From Minicystis rosea (GTDB lineage: Bacteria > Myxococcota_A > Polyangia > Polyangiales > Polyangiaceae): a stretch of DNA of 64,000 bases. Under the pieces are notes generated by a model. That model did not search any database. It was not told the origin of the DNA and saw nothing but the letters and a program-made list of their open reading frames with translations. Each line of letters opens with the position of its first letter. The stretch's first letter is position 1. Shown here one piece after another: positions 1-10,993 of this stretch. The position numbers were made by a program, and so were the translations under genes. The stretch covers positions 4,439,573 to 4,503,572 of the forward strand of contig CP016211.1 of NCBI GenBank assembly GCA_001931535.1, read 5' to 3'.

Positions 1-669
1 CACTATTATTTCAAGCTGCCCATGCTCTATCAGCAGGGCGCCAACGACGGCTTCCACGAGGGCATCGGCGACACGCTGGCCCTCAGCGTGACGCCCACCT
101 ACCTGAAGAGCATCGGTCTCCTCGACAAGGTGCCCGACAACGAGAAGGGCGAGCTCAACGTCCTGCTCAAGAACGCGCTCGACAAGGTGGCGTTCCTCCC
201 GTTCGGCAAGATCATCGATCAATGGCGGTGGGACGTGTTCTCCGGCAAGACCCCGCCCGCCGAGTACAACAAGGCTTGGTGGGAGCTGCGCCGCAAATAC
301 CAAGGTGTGGCGCCGCCCGTCGCGCGCACCGAGGCCGACTTCGATCCCGGCGCGAAGTACCACGTTCCCGGCAACACGCCGTACGTGCGCTACTTCCTGG
401 CGCGCATCTACCAGTTCCAATTCCACCGCGCGCTCTGCAAGGCCGCCGGCTACACGGGCCCGCTCCACAAGTGCTCGATCCACGGGAGCAAGGCCGCCGG
501 CGACAAGCTCCGCGCCATGCTGGCCATGGGCGCGAGCAAGCCTTGGCCCGAAGCCCTCGCGGCCATCAGCGGCGAGCACGAGGCCGACGCCAGCGCCATG
601 CTCGCGTACTTCGCTCCGCTCTCGAAATGGCTGAAGGAGCAGAACAAGGGCGAGACCTGCGGCTGGTGA
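1..669 (+). CDS. Peptidyl-dipeptidase A / angiotensin-converting-enzyme-like M2 metallopeptidase, C-terminal fragment (5' end lies outside the window)
   Basis: The frame is open from base 1 with no stop before the listed ORF start at 22. The translation contains the M2-family third zinc-ligand motif FHEGIGD (ACE has FHEAIGD), followed by the typical ACE C-terminal region. It ends at TGA 667-669. Confidence 0.75.
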   Translation, partial: HYYFKLPMLYQQGANDGFHEGIGDTLALSVTPTYLKSIGLLDKVPDNEKGELNVLLKNALDKVAFLPFGKIIDQWRWDVFSGKTPPAEYNKAWWELRRKYQGVAPPVARTEADFDPGAKYHVPGNTPYVRYFLARIYQFQFHRALCKAAGYTGPLHKCSIHGSKAAGDKLRAMLAMGASKPWPEALAAISGEHEADASAMLAYFAPLSKWLKEQNKGETCGW

Positions 670-680
670 GGCCTTGGGTC

Positions 681-709
681 AGGCTCTGTCCGACGACGTC
701 GGGCAGAGC
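681..709. terminator. GC-rich hairpin between convergent genes (candidate bidirectional intrinsic terminator)
   Basis: GGCTCTGTCCGACG / CGTCGGGCAGAGCC is a near-perfect inverted repeat, about a 14-bp stem with one G.U wobble. It lies immediately between the stop of the ACE-like gene (669) and the stop of thpR (710). There is no U-tract. Confidence 0.35.
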
Positions 710-1273
710 CTAGCTGAAGGGGAGCGTCGCCAGCGCGGTGTACTTCGCGCCTTTCGGCGACAGCTCGCTCTGATAAAGCACCATCGATTCGATGCGCGTG
801 GCGCCGAAGCTCTCCTCGCGGAGCGCCTCGGCGCACGCGGCGAGCCCCGCGTCGCCGCCGCGATCGCCGGCCCGCGCCAGCGTCAGATGCGGTGTCAGCT
901 CCGCGCGATCCGGCGCGTAACCAAAGGGCGCGAGCGCCGTCGTGAGATCGCGGGCGACGTCCTGCAAACGCCCTTCGCCTTCGGCGAGGCCTACCCAAAG
1001 CACCCTCGCCCGCCGTCCGCCAAAGGCCCCTGCGCCGGCGAACCGCGCCTCGATCACCGCATGTCGCGCCGCCGTCGCGCGCAGGGCAGCCTCGATTCCA
1101 GGGATGCTCTCCTCGGCTATTTCCCCGAGGAAAGCCAAGGTGACATGAAGCCCCTCGACGTTCACCCAACGAGCGCGCGGCGCGAGCGGCCGCACGCGCT
1201 CGACCGCGGAGCGAAGGAGATCACGCACGGCGGGCGCGGGATCGATGGCAACGAACAACCGCCGTGTGCCCAT
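710..1273 (-). CDS. thpR: RNA 2',3'-cyclic phosphodiesterase (2H phosphoesterase, ThpR/LigT family)
   Basis: It has the two H-x-T/S-x motifs (LHVTLAFLG and PHLTLAR) and is about 187 aa if it starts at the internal [12 protein letters not shown]. That ATG overlaps the upstream yjbQ stop as TGATG, with GGGAG just upstream. The listed ORF extends to 1348 with a TTG start, so the start is uncertain. Confidence 0.7.
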   Translation of the reverse strand: MGTRRLFVAIDPAPAVRDLLRSAVERVRPLAPRARWVNVEGLHVTLAFLGEIAEESIPGIEAALRATAARHAVIEARFAGAGAFGGRRARVLWVGLAEGEGRLQDVARDLTTALAPFGYAPDRAELTPHLTLARAGDRGGDAGLAACAEALREESFGATRIESMVLYQSELSPKGAKYTALATLPFS

Positions 1274-1686
1274 CACTCCCCCATGGCTTTGACGATCAGA
1301 CGCTTCCGGCGCAGACCGTCGAACTCCGCATAAAAGATCTGTTGCCAAGGCCCGAGGTCGAGCTTGCCAGCGGTGATGGGCACCGTGACCTCGTGATGGA
1401 CGAGGATCGATTTCAGGTGCGCATCGCCGTTGTCCTCGCCCGTGCGGTGATGACGGTAGTCCGGCCCGTCGGGCGCGAGCTTCTGGAGCCAGTCCCAGAT
1501 GTCGTCCCAGAGACCCGGCTCGTGATCGTTGACGATGACGCCGGCCGTGATGTGCATGGCGCTGACGAGCACCATTCCCTCTGAAATCCCGCTCTTTTCC
1601 ACCACCGCCGCCACCCGATCGGTGATGTTGATGAGCTCCCTCTTCTTGCGCGTCTCGAACCAGAAGTACTCCGTTGCGAACTTCAT
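1273..1686 (-). CDS. YjbQ/UPF0047 family protein (secondary thiamine-phosphate synthase-like)
   Basis: It is the C-terminal 137 aa of ORF 1273..2199, starting [25 protein letters not shown]. The region ...[25 protein letters not shown]...LGPWQQIF is typical of the YjbQ family. The upstream part of the long ORF is Pro/Ala-rich and non-coding-like. Confidence 0.75.
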   Translation of the reverse strand: MKFATEYFWFETRKKRELINITDRVAAVVEKSGISEGMVLVSAMHITAGVIVNDHEPGLWDDIWDWLQKLAPDGPDYRHHRTGEDNGDAHLKSILVHHEVTVPITAGKLDLGPWQQIFYAEFDGLRRKRLIVKAMGE

Positions 1687-1786
1687 GCCTCCTTCATCGC
1701 GCTGCGGCGCCGCGGCGTCCACCGAATGGGACGCGCCGGCCGATCCCGGCTGGATGTCACGTTCCCCAACGACTACCATCGCGTCC

Positions 1787-2611
1787 ATGCGCCTCAATCC
1801 GCTCGTTCCTTCGCTCCTTGGCACCACCCTCGTTTGCCTCACTTGCCTCGCCGCCTGCGACGGCGGCGAAACCAGCACCGGCACCGGCGCCGGAGGCACC
1901 GGTGGCAACGCGACGGGCGGCACGGGCGGCGGCAGCACCGGCCCGCGCTGCACCACGCCGACGCCCGTGGCGTGCGCGGACCAAATCATCCTGGCCATGA
2001 ATTTCCAGTCCGAGCCTGCGCCCGGCCTGATCACGAATACCGCCGACGGCGCCGGCTTCATCTCGAACGTCGATGCCACCGCCGGCGGCGCATTCGTCAG
2101 CAAACCCGACTCGTACACGTACGGGAAGTTCACCGCGCAGGGGCTCGAGAAGGTGAGCATCTCCGACGAGGCCTCGCTCGACTCGATGGATTGGGACATC
2201 GCCTTCCGTCGCTACATCGTGCGCGTGAACAGCGCCGATTCGGGCCCTTCGTGCGTGCAGGCCGGCCGCATGCCCGGCACGCCGAAGTACGAAGAGGTCA
2301 CGAGCGTCCCCGAGGGCCACTCGTATCATCCGGACGACACGTTCACGGACAGCTGCGAGCTCATCCCCGACGGATCCGGCCTCGATGACTCGCCGGCCAC
2401 CGCGCTCTCCGGCTACTGGACGTATCCGGGCTGCGTGCAGATGACCCACCGCGTGTTCATCATCGCGCTCGCCGACGGCCGGCACGTGAAATTCACCGTC
2501 GACGATTACTACTCTCCGGCCGTGCAGCAGCAATGTGACGAGACCGGCGCCATCCCGATGAGCAACACCGGATCTGCCAACTTCGTGGTTCGCTGGGCCT
2601 TCTTGCCATGA
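1787..2611 (+). CDS. Lipoprotein of unknown function (signal peptide plus lipobox LAAC, Gly/Thr-rich linker)
   Basis: The internal ATG at 1787 gives [24 protein letters not shown], a signal peptide plus lipobox. The rest is a non-repetitive 274-aa protein. Its stop overlaps the start of the next gene (ATGA at 2608-2611). Confidence 0.6.
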   Translation: MRLNPLVPSLLGTTLVCLTCLAACDGGETSTGTGAGGTGGNATGGTGGGSTGPRCTTPTPVACADQIILAMNFQSEPAPGLITNTADGAGFISNVDATAGGAFVSKPDSYTYGKFTAQGLEKVSISDEASLDSMDWDIAFRRYIVRVNSADSGPSCVQAGRMPGTPKYEEVTSVPEGHSYHPDDTFTDSCELIPDGSGLDDSPATALSGYWTYPGCVQMTHRVFIIALADGRHVKFTVDDYYSPAVQQQCDETGAIPMSNTGSANFVVRWAFLP

Positions 2612-4197
2612 TCCGAAACACCCACGTGGCCCTGGTCGCGCTCGCCGCAGCCCTCGCCGGCTGCGGCGCCGGCGATGATTCGCAGCCTGCGGGCGCGCCG
2701 CCGCTCACATCGTTGGTGCGCCCCGACACGCCGGGAAACACCTTGCTCTTCCGCTTCGGCGCGAGCGACACGGTGGAGGCGTTCGGCTCGGTCGAGGGCC
2801 ATTTCCTGGTCCACTACACCCGCCAAGGGCCCAACGCGGTGCCCGCCGCCGACACCGATGCTTCGGGCGTGCCCGATTTCGTGGAGGACGTCGCCTCCGT
2901 CTACGAAGCGGTCTTGAGCAAATACCACGACGACCTGGGCTTCCGCGCGCCCGTCGGCGACGAGGGCCTCGCGGACAACGGTGGTGACGGCCGCTTCGAC
3001 GTCTACCTGGTCGACTTCGCCGGCAAGGGCGACGGCAATTATCAGAACGACACCTGCGACGCGCAAAACAAAGAGATCTGCGCCGGCTACATGGTGCAGG
3101 AGAACGATTTCACCGGCTACGGATACCCCTCCACGAAGGTGGCCAATCGCATCCTCGGGAGCCACGAGTTCTTCCACGCGGTGCAAGCGGCCTACGACAC
3201 GGGCCAAGGGAGCGTGCTCGCCGAGGGAACGGCGGTGTGGGCCACGGAGCAATTCGATCCTTCCTTGAAGGACTTCGAAGGTTTCCTGAAAGGCTATCTC
3301 GACAACCCCGATCGCCCCCTCGACACGCCGCTCCCCGGCCCCGTCGATCCGTTCAGCTACGGGAGCGCCATTTTCTTCGAGTTTCTCGAAGATCATTATG
3401 GCCCAGGGACGATTCGCGCCCTCTGGGAGCGCTGCGAGAACGGCGCCGAGGGCGCGGCCGATCCGCAGTGGCTCACGGCCTTGGGGCCGCTCCTCGAGCA
3501 ACAGAACAGCACCACGTTCGAGAGTGCGATGACCGATTTCGCGACGTGGAATCTGTTCACCGGCTCGCTCGCCGATCCCACCCGCGCTTATGCCAACGGC
3601 AAGAGCTACCCGTCTGTGGCCATGAACGACGTCACGGCGCCTCATTTCGAGGATTTGCTGCGCGTTTATTATGCCTCCTCGCAGTACTATCGTATCTCGC
3701 CCGATGGCCGAGGCGCGATGACGGCCGCGCTCGTCGCTCACCCGGGCTCTCCGGACGACACGAAGGATCTCGAGCTCCTGCTCGCGGCGCAACGCGGCAA
3801 TGCCTACGATCCGGTAAAGCACCTCGCCGATGTCTCTGCCGGCACGGAGGTCATCGACACGAATGGTGCCGATCGGCTGGTCGCCATCGTGGTGAACGGC
3901 GCCACGAGCGGCAATTCGCGGAGACCGGCCTTGTGCATCGGTTCGCCCGACGAAGTGGCTGCCTGCGCCGAGAAGGTCAAAGGCGGCGGCGGAACGGGCG
4001 GCGCCGGCGGATCCGGCGGATCCGGCGGCACGGGTGGCGGCGCGATCGAGGAGCCGCCGAGCGATGGATCCGGCTGCGGTTGCCGCGTTGCTGCAGCCGG
4101 CGATACGCCTTCTGTAGCGTTGCTCGCGGTATCGCTGGCGGCGCTTTACCGACGACGGCGCGCGCGCCACGCCGCGAGCGCGAGGCCCAGCGCATAA
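2608..4197 (+). CDS. Putative secreted zinc metallopeptidase (HEXXH) with C-terminal MYXO-CTERM sorting domain
   Basis: It has a signal/lipobox (LAGCGAG) and an HEFFH motif with downstream acidic residues. The C-terminal tail is GCGCRVAAAGDTPSVALLAVSLAALYRRRRA, i.e. a Cys motif, a hydrophobic helix and an Arg cluster. It is translationally coupled to the upstream lipoprotein gene. Confidence 0.65.
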   Translation: MIRNTHVALVALAAALAGCGAGDDSQPAGAPPLTSLVRPDTPGNTLLFRFGASDTVEAFGSVEGHFLVHYTRQGPNAVPAADTDASGVPDFVEDVASVYEAVLSKYHDDLGFRAPVGDEGLADNGGDGRFDVYLVDFAGKGDGNYQNDTCDAQNKEICAGYMVQENDFTGYGYPSTKVANRILGSHEFFHAVQAAYDTGQGSVLAEGTAVWATEQFDPSLKDFEGFLKGYLDNPDRPLDTPLPGPVDPFSYGSAIFFEFLEDHYGPGTIRALWERCENGAEGAADPQWLTALGPLLEQQNSTTFESAMTDFATWNLFTGSLADPTRAYANGKSYPSVAMNDVTAPHFEDLLRVYYASSQYYRISPDGRGAMTAALVAHPGSPDDTKDLELLLAAQRGNAYDPVKHLADVSAGTEVIDTNGADRLVAIVVNGATSGNSRRPALCIGSPDEVAACAEKVKGGGGTGGAGGSGGSGGTGGGAIEEPPSDGSGCGCRVAAAGDTPSVALLAVSLAALYRRRRARHAASARPSA

Positions 4198-5783
4198 AGG
4201 CCTGCCCCGATCGGCGGCGCGGGCGCTTGCGAGCACGAGCAACCGCCTTCGTCGCCGGTCGACTCCCCTCCTCCACCGGCACCGCCCTCACCGTTGGGCT
4301 GGTCGAGCACTGCATCGAGCGCCTTCACCGGATCGATGATGCCGTATCCGAAGATTTGATCATGGCCATTGGCATCCGGCTCCGCGAACGGCGCCGGGCG
4401 CGCGGTCTTGATGAGGATGTCGTAAAGCTCCTGCGACGCGCGATCCGGGGCCGCGCTCACGAGCAGGCCAGCAATGCCCGCGGCCACCGGGCATGCCGAC
4501 GACGTGCCGCCGAAGAGGCTCGTGTAGTCGCCGGGATCCTCGCCGGCCGCGCCGCTGATGTCGGTGGTGAGCGTGCCTGTCGGCGCCACGAGATCGACGC
4601 TGTTGCCGGAGTTGGTGAACGGCGTCTGCTCGTCGAAATTGTTGATGGCGCCGATGCCAAGGACGCCGCGCACCGCCTCGAGCTCGTCGTCGCCGACGAC
4701 GCGATCATCGTTGCCCATCGCGAAGAGGACGAGCGCGCCGCGGCCGCCGCGCCCGTGATCGAAGACGTTGTTGATGGCGGTCGCGAGCGGCTGCGGCACG
4801 GGCATGGGCTGCGTGAAGCCCCAGCTGTTGGAGACGACGGACGCGTCGACGTCGAGCGCGAACTGGAAGGCATCGACGTCGGCGGAGACAGGGACGGCGC
4901 TGTCCGCGAGCAAGCGCACGCAACGCAGGCGACACGCGGGGCAGCCGCCGGCCATGCCCTCGCCGTTGTCGGTCGCGGCCGCGACGAGCCCCGCGCAGGA
5001 GGTGCCGTGCGCCGCGCCCTTCTCGCTCGCGTTCGGGCTCGGATCCATGTCGCCGTCGACGACGTCGAGGCCCGGATCGAGCTTGGAAACGAGGTCGGGG
5101 TGATCGGGATCGCAGCCGGTGTCGACGACGACGATGGTGGTCTTCTCGTCACCGAGCGTACGCCCCCACGCCTCGGGCATCTTCAGGTTGGCGAAGTACC
5201 ACTGCCCGGGATAACGCGGATCGTTCGGTGTGTGCGCGTCGAAGGCCCTTCTCTCCAAGTAGAGATTGGGTGTCGCGCGACGCACGCCGGCGGCAGCGCC
5301 GTGTGCGTCATGGAGGCGATACGCGACGTCGATGCCGTCGCCGCCGCGCGTGTCCTCCACGAGCCAGAGGCCCGCAGAGGGCATGAGCGGGCGAATGGGC
5401 TTCACGCCGAGCGCCTCGAGCCGCGTCTCGGCGCCGGGCTCGAGCGTGACGATGGCCGTGCGATCGACGAACGCACGCACCTCGCGCGCATCGCCCTCGT
5501 AGCGCAGCCGCACGGGCGTGAGCGCGGCCGTGGTGGATGCAGACACGGCGGCTGCCAACGGCGCGAGGCGCTCGACCGCGACGCGCCGATCTCCATCGAA
5601 GAACCACGCTGCCCGCGTATCGCCAGCGGGCGGCGCATCCTCGGAAGCAGCGGCCGGGATGGCACCGAGCGCGAGCACGAGGCCGGAGAGCGCAGTGAAG
5701 CGAAGGGCACGGCAGGCCGAGAGAGCGAGCATGAGGCCGCCATTGTGCCGTGTTCGCGCCCGCACCGCAGCAGCGGCGATCAC
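4146..5783 (-). CDS. Subtilisin-like serine protease (peptidase S8) with MYXO-CTERM tail
   Basis: The catalytic-triad contexts are VVDTGCD (Asp), HGTSCAG (His) and GGTSSACP (Ser). The C-terminus is GCSCSQAPAPPIGAGLYALGLALAAWRARRRR. The start is either 5783 (GGAG upstream) or the internal MLALSAC... at about 5732. Confidence 0.8.
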   Translation of the reverse strand: MIAAAAVRARTRHNGGLMLALSACRALRFTALSGLVLALGAIPAAASEDAPPAGDTRAAWFFDGDRRVAVERLAPLAAAVSASTTAALTPVRLRYEGDAREVRAFVDRTAIVTLEPGAETRLEALGVKPIRPLMPSAGLWLVEDTRGGDGIDVAYRLHDAHGAAAGVRRATPNLYLERRAFDAHTPNDPRYPGQWYFANLKMPEAWGRTLGDEKTTIVVVDTGCDPDHPDLVSKLDPGLDVVDGDMDPSPNASEKGAAHGTSCAGLVAAATDNGEGMAGGCPACRLRCVRLLADSAVPVSADVDAFQFALDVDASVVSNSWGFTQPMPVPQPLATAINNVFDHGRGGRGALVLFAMGNDDRVVGDDELEAVRGVLGIGAINNFDEQTPFTNSGNSVDLVAPTGTLTTDISGAAGEDPGDYTSLFGGTSSACPVAAGIAGLLVSAAPDRASQELYDILIKTARPAPFAEPDANGHDQIFGYGIIDPVKALDAVLDQPNGEGGAGGGGESTGDEGGCSCSQAPAPPIGAGLYALGLALAAWRARRRR

Positions 5784-5871
5784 AGGCCGGCTCCATCGTG
5801 ACCAGCGCCGGCGAGCCCAGCGCGGGTTTGGGGCCGCTTGCGGCCCATCGTGATCAAGCGAAGCGTGAAGC

Positions 5872-6807
5872 CTACGGCGTGCGGCCGTGCGTGCTCTCGG
5901 TGCGGTCTTCCCAGGTGCGGAAGCTCGGCGAGCACGCCGGATCCAGCGCCAGCGCCGGCCCTGCGCACTGGGCCGGATCGCGCGGCGGACCGAGCACCAT
6001 GTAACGCAGGCGGGTCACGTAGGGCAGGTCGTGATGCCGCATGTCCCAAACCCCCCGCTCCAGCCGGCGAAACAACTCTTCTTGCTCGGCGGCCCGCTGC
6101 GCGCCGAGCATCGCCCGCACCTTCTCCTTGAGCGACTCGTCGTCCGTGACGACCAACACACGTTGCAAGAAGCGGATCTCCGCATCGCGCGCGCCCGCGC
6201 GGCTCAGGTAGCGCGCCCCGCCGATCGCCTGCCACGCGATGTGCGCGTTGTTGCCGCTGAGCTCGGCCGCGCGCTCCAGCATGCGCGCGCCGTCGGTGCG
6301 CCATTGCTCTTGCTCGGCCGGATCGGTGAGGTACGTGCCCGGCGCGATGAAGGCGGTGAACTCGCCGATGCCGAGCCACAGCTCGGCGTCGAGCGGCCGA
6401 TTCTGCACGCCGCGCTCCATGATGGCGCGCACCGCGCGGGCGTCCTCCACGGGCGTGTGCTTGGAGTTGAACGTGACGAGCGCGTCCGCCATCCGATACG
6501 GATCACGGAACGTGGGATCGAGCTCGTTGATCGTGCCGATGAGGGGGATGATGTTCTCGTACCGGCGCCGCGCGATGGTGTGCAGCCCCTGCGAGACCAT
6601 GAGGTGCGCCCAGAGCATGTCGGCCAACGCCGCGCGGTAGCCGAGCGACATGAGCGAGACCTCGCGCGGCGGCGGGAGCGGATAGATGTCCGAGGTCTCT
6701 TTGACGCGCCGGTGCTGATCGAAGAGCGGCGCGCGCACGAAGGCGAGCGCCAGCGCGGCCGCGATCATGAGGCCGACGGTGCGCAGGAGATCGGCCCGCC
6801 CTTTCAC
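5872..6807 (-). CDS. Hypothetical membrane-anchored protein
   Basis: A GTG at about 6807 lies directly after the stop of the upstream gene (6809-6811). The N-terminal hydrophobic helix is LMIAAALALAFV, and the rest has a balanced, protein-like composition. No recognisable domain was found. Confidence 0.45.
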   Translation of the reverse strand: MKGRADLLRTVGLMIAAALALAFVRAPLFDQHRRVKETSDIYPLPPPREVSLMSLGYRAALADMLWAHLMVSQGLHTIARRRYENIIPLIGTINELDPTFRDPYRMADALVTFNSKHTPVEDARAVRAIMERGVQNRPLDAELWLGIGEFTAFIAPGTYLTDPAEQEQWRTDGARMLERAAELSGNNAHIAWQAIGGARYLSRAGARDAEIRFLQRVLVVTDDESLKEKVRAMLGAQRAAEQEELFRRLERGVWDMRHHDLPYVTRLRYMVLGPPRDPAQCAGPALALDPACSPSFRTWEDRTESTHGRTP

Positions 6808-6808
6808 G

Positions 6809-7333
6809 TCACTCGACCTCGCGATCGATGAACATGCCGGGCAGGACACGCGCCGGCTGCCCGGGCGCGCGCTCCCCGCGGACCTCGAACGTGGAGAGGA
6901 CGCCGTCGCCGTCGAGATCACCGTGCGCGGTGGCGACGAAGCGCATCACCTGCGTGGTCGGATCGATCTCGCTGTCGAACTTGAACGAGAACGCGTGCGG
7001 GGTGCCGCACGAGAGCTGGGTGCGAGCGCACGGATCGAAGCCGAAATCCAGCGACAGCCAGGTGAGGTGCTTCCACGCGTCGGGCGGATCGATGACACGC
7101 AGCGCGCGCGGCACCTCGGCCGGCGTCAGCGGAGCCGAAGGCGGAAAGCTGATCTCCTGCGGATGGCGGGCGGCGTACGCGACCGCGCCGCGGACCATGC
7201 GATCCAGCCCCTCGATGGGCTCGGTCAGCTTGGAGGCGCTCAAATTCCGGTAAAATGCAGGCACCGCGACCGCGAGCACGCTGCCACCGACGGCGAAGAC
7301 CGCCGCGAACCGGAGGGCGCTGAAGGAACGCAC
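6809..7333 (-). CDS. Hypothetical secreted/membrane protein downstream of the pilin gene
   Basis: The 174-aa ORF has an N-terminal hydrophobic segment (AAVFAVGGSVLAVAVPAF) and a balanced composition. It starts with GTG and has no clear RBS. Confidence 0.4.
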   Translation of the reverse strand: MRSFSALRFAAVFAVGGSVLAVAVPAFYRNLSASKLTEPIEGLDRMVRGAVAYAARHPQEISFPPSAPLTPAEVPRALRVIDPPDAWKHLTWLSLDFGFDPCARTQLSCGTPHAFSFKFDSEIDPTTQVMRFVATAHGDLDGDGVLSTFEVRGERAPGQPARVLPGMFIDREVE

Positions 7334-7514
7334 GCGACGGTTCTACTGCAACGACGGCGACCGATCACGGCCGAACTGGGGTGCCCCCACGAACACGAAC
7401 GGCGCACGGTCCATGGGACCGTACGCCGTGTCGAATCGAACGATCAGCTCCAGATGGGATCGACGAAGCCGCCACGTGGCTCGCCGCGCCGGTCACATCG
7501 TCAGGAGCTCGTGA

Positions 7515-8111
7515 TCATTCGTACTCCTTGTCGACGTAGATCTCGGTCGCGATGACGACGGTGCCGTTGCGCACGTCGGCGCCGCGCGCGAACGTCGAGT
7601 ACACGCTGTTACCGTCGAGATCGCCCTGCGCGCTGATCTCGAAGCCGTTGGCCGTACCACCGCTCTGCCCCGACGACTTCGAGGTGGCGCCCTTCTCGTA
7701 GAGGTACGAGAAGTAGATGGGCTCGCTGAGCTGGAACTTGAGGCACTTCCAGCCGGTGGTGTTGTCGCCGGTGTTGAAGTCTTTGAGGTCCGCCGTGGAG
7801 GGCTGGTACTTCTTGCCCGGGGGCGGAGCGGCCGGAACGCTCGTCGCCGTGTTGCAGAGCGCGTGAACCGTCTGGTTCGACGTGGTGCCGTCGGCGAGGA
7901 GCTCGGCCGGCGTGGTCTCGCGCTCGTAGGCGGCGACGGCGGCGCGGGAAATGGCGCCGATCGTGTTCTTCGCTTCGCCGGTCTTCGCGGTCGCGAGGTA
8001 GCGGCGGACGCCGTAGATGGCGAGGGCCGCGAGGACGCCGATGATGGCGACGACGATCATGAGCTCGACGAGCGTGAAGCCTTCCTTACCGAGACGCTTG
8101 TATGCACGCAT
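7515..8111 (-). CDS. Type IV pilin (PilA-like major pilin) with class III prepilin signal
   Basis: The N-terminus MRAYKRLGKEG|FTLVELMIVVAIIGVLAALAI carries a G-F-T-L-V-E prepilin peptidase cleavage/methylation motif. A strong RBS (AAGGGAGAA) precedes the ATG. Confidence 0.8.
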   Translation of the reverse strand: MRAYKRLGKEGFTLVELMIVVAIIGVLAALAIYGVRRYLATAKTGEAKNTIGAISRAAVAAYERETTPAELLADGTTSNQTVHALCNTATSVPAAPPPGKKYQPSTADLKDFNTGDNTTGWKCLKFQLSEPIYFSYLYEKGATSKSSGQSGGTANGFEISAQGDLDGNSVYSTFARGADVRNGTVVIATEIYVDKEYE

Positions 8112-8338
8112 TGATGAGTTCTCCCTTGAGTGCCGCCCGGTGCATGCAGCACGGATGACGAGCGGGAGCCGGGCATGAAACCCCGCTCTGGTCTGCTATC
8201 TCCGGGCGCAGGCCCTGCCAGTCACTCGTTGCAACCGGCGGTGCGTTGCGACCGCGAGTGCCTATTGCACGGCACGCGCCAAGATTCAGAATCACACGAA
8301 GCTCCCGATTTTTACAAGTATCCAGTCGTCGCTCGCCC

Positions 8339-8376
8339 AAAAACGTCACCGCGGAACAGGGCCTCGTGACGTTTTT
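8339..8376. promoter_or_regulatory. Inverted repeat AAAAACGTCAC-N16-GTGACGTTTTT upstream of pilin gene 1; the half-site recurs upstream of pilin gene 2 (about 9286-9300)
   Basis: A perfect 11-bp palindromic arm pair lies about 230-265 bp upstream of the 7515..8111 pilin start. CCAAAAACGTCACC is repeated once upstream of the second pilin. This is a candidate binding site for the adjacent NtrC/PilR-like activator. Confidence 0.35.
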
Positions 8377-8654
8377 GGGCTTGGGGATCGACCGGACCGA
8401 GAGCGCGCGTGCGCCGGCGCAGCGTGCTGCACCACGCACGCTGCGCCGTGCTCCATGTGCTGCTCGATGAGCACATGCACGCATATCGATGAGTGCTGAG
8501 TGTGCGTGGTCGCGGCTGGTTCATCGCTCATCCAGCCGGGGATTTCGGGGGCCGCTCGAGGCCCCTCGTGATCACGAGATGAGATCTCGCGAAGTGAGAT
8601 GCGATGATGATATGGTGGAGGGTTGTCTCGAGATGAGCCGAGACAGGAGCGCTG

Positions 8655-9212
8655 TTATTCGATCTCGTTCTCGGAGAAGATCTCACCGCTCAGCGACGTG
8701 CTGCCGTACATGGCGTACTTGCCGTTGCCGTCGTGATCGTTCTCCGCCTCGACCACGTACCAGGGCGTGCCGGCGGTCAGGGTCGAGGGGACGCCGGGCG
8801 GGTTCGTGAAGCCGGCGAACTGCGGCATCGCGGTGGTGCCGATGACGCCGGCCACGCAGACGTAGCCGAAGCGCACCGGGCCGTCGGGGTTGACGGCGAG
8901 CATCTGCCACCGCGAATAGTCGTCGTGCCCCGGGTTCACCCAGGCGGCGCGGCGATCGTTGCCGACCTTCGGGTACCAATTGCCGAGGTTGGTCGAGACG
9001 TTGAGGTACTGCAGCATCTCGGCTTTGTAGGCCTCCTGCGCGCCACGGATCATCTGGATCGTGGCCTTGGCCTCGCTGCCCTGCGCCGAGTGCATGTATT
9101 TGCGATAGCCGACGATGGCGAGCGTCGCGAGGACCCCCACCAGCGCGACCGTGATGAGCAGCTCGACCAGGGTGAAGCCGGCTGCCCCGCGACGCTTTTT
9201 GTTTCTTGTCAC
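8655..9212 (-). CDS. Type IV pilin (second PilA-like paralogue)
   Basis: An internal GTG start gives VTRNKKRRGAAG|FTLVELLITVALVGVLATLAIVGY, a prepilin motif. The long listed ORF (to 9434) has an Ala/Arg-rich N-terminal extension that is unlikely to be real. The exact start is uncertain. Confidence 0.7.
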   Translation of the reverse strand: MTRNKKRRGAAGFTLVELLITVALVGVLATLAIVGYRKYMHSAQGSEAKATIQMIRGAQEAYKAEMLQYLNVSTNLGNWYPKVGNDRRAAWVNPGHDDYSRWQMLAVNPDGPVRFGYVCVAGVIGTTAMPQFAGFTNPPGVPSTLTAGTPWYVVEAENDHDGNGKYAMYGSTSLSGEIFSENEIE

Positions 9213-9430
9213 GGATGTGGATGCTCGCACACCTCGGGCCACGGGTGCGCGCCGCAAACACACGGATTGTGCGGAAGGCGCCCTGCCCAAAAACGTCACC
9301 GACGTCGCCGTCGCGCCGACATCGGTGGAGCCCACGTGACCGAGGGAGGCTCGCGTGACGATTCGCGGCGCTCCCCGCGCCTCACCGGCCACCGCGCATT
9401 TCACCGTTCGTGAAACCACACGCACCTCCT

Positions 9431-10876
<1,446 letters not shown>

Positions 10877-10993
10877 GCTATCACGACGGCGCCTGGAGAC
10901 GGCATCTCCCGCTGCTGCCCACGAGAGGATGGGGCAGGCTCGTCCGCGTCGCTGGGTGGGAGAATCAGCGCATCATTCGCGAATCGTGGCAGC

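Noticed and set aside
3237-5801. 854-aa plus-strand ORF overlapping the S8 protease gene
   Set aside because: It is extremely Arg/Ala/Gly-rich with no motifs. It is antisense to a gene with a clear catalytic triad, and is the usual high-GC antisense open frame.
8112-8654. Sigma-54 -24/-12 promoter elements upstream of the pilin genes
   Set aside because: I searched by eye for TGGCAC-N5-TTGC on the pilin strand and found only poor matches with wrong spacing. So I report the conserved palindrome but do not call a promoter.
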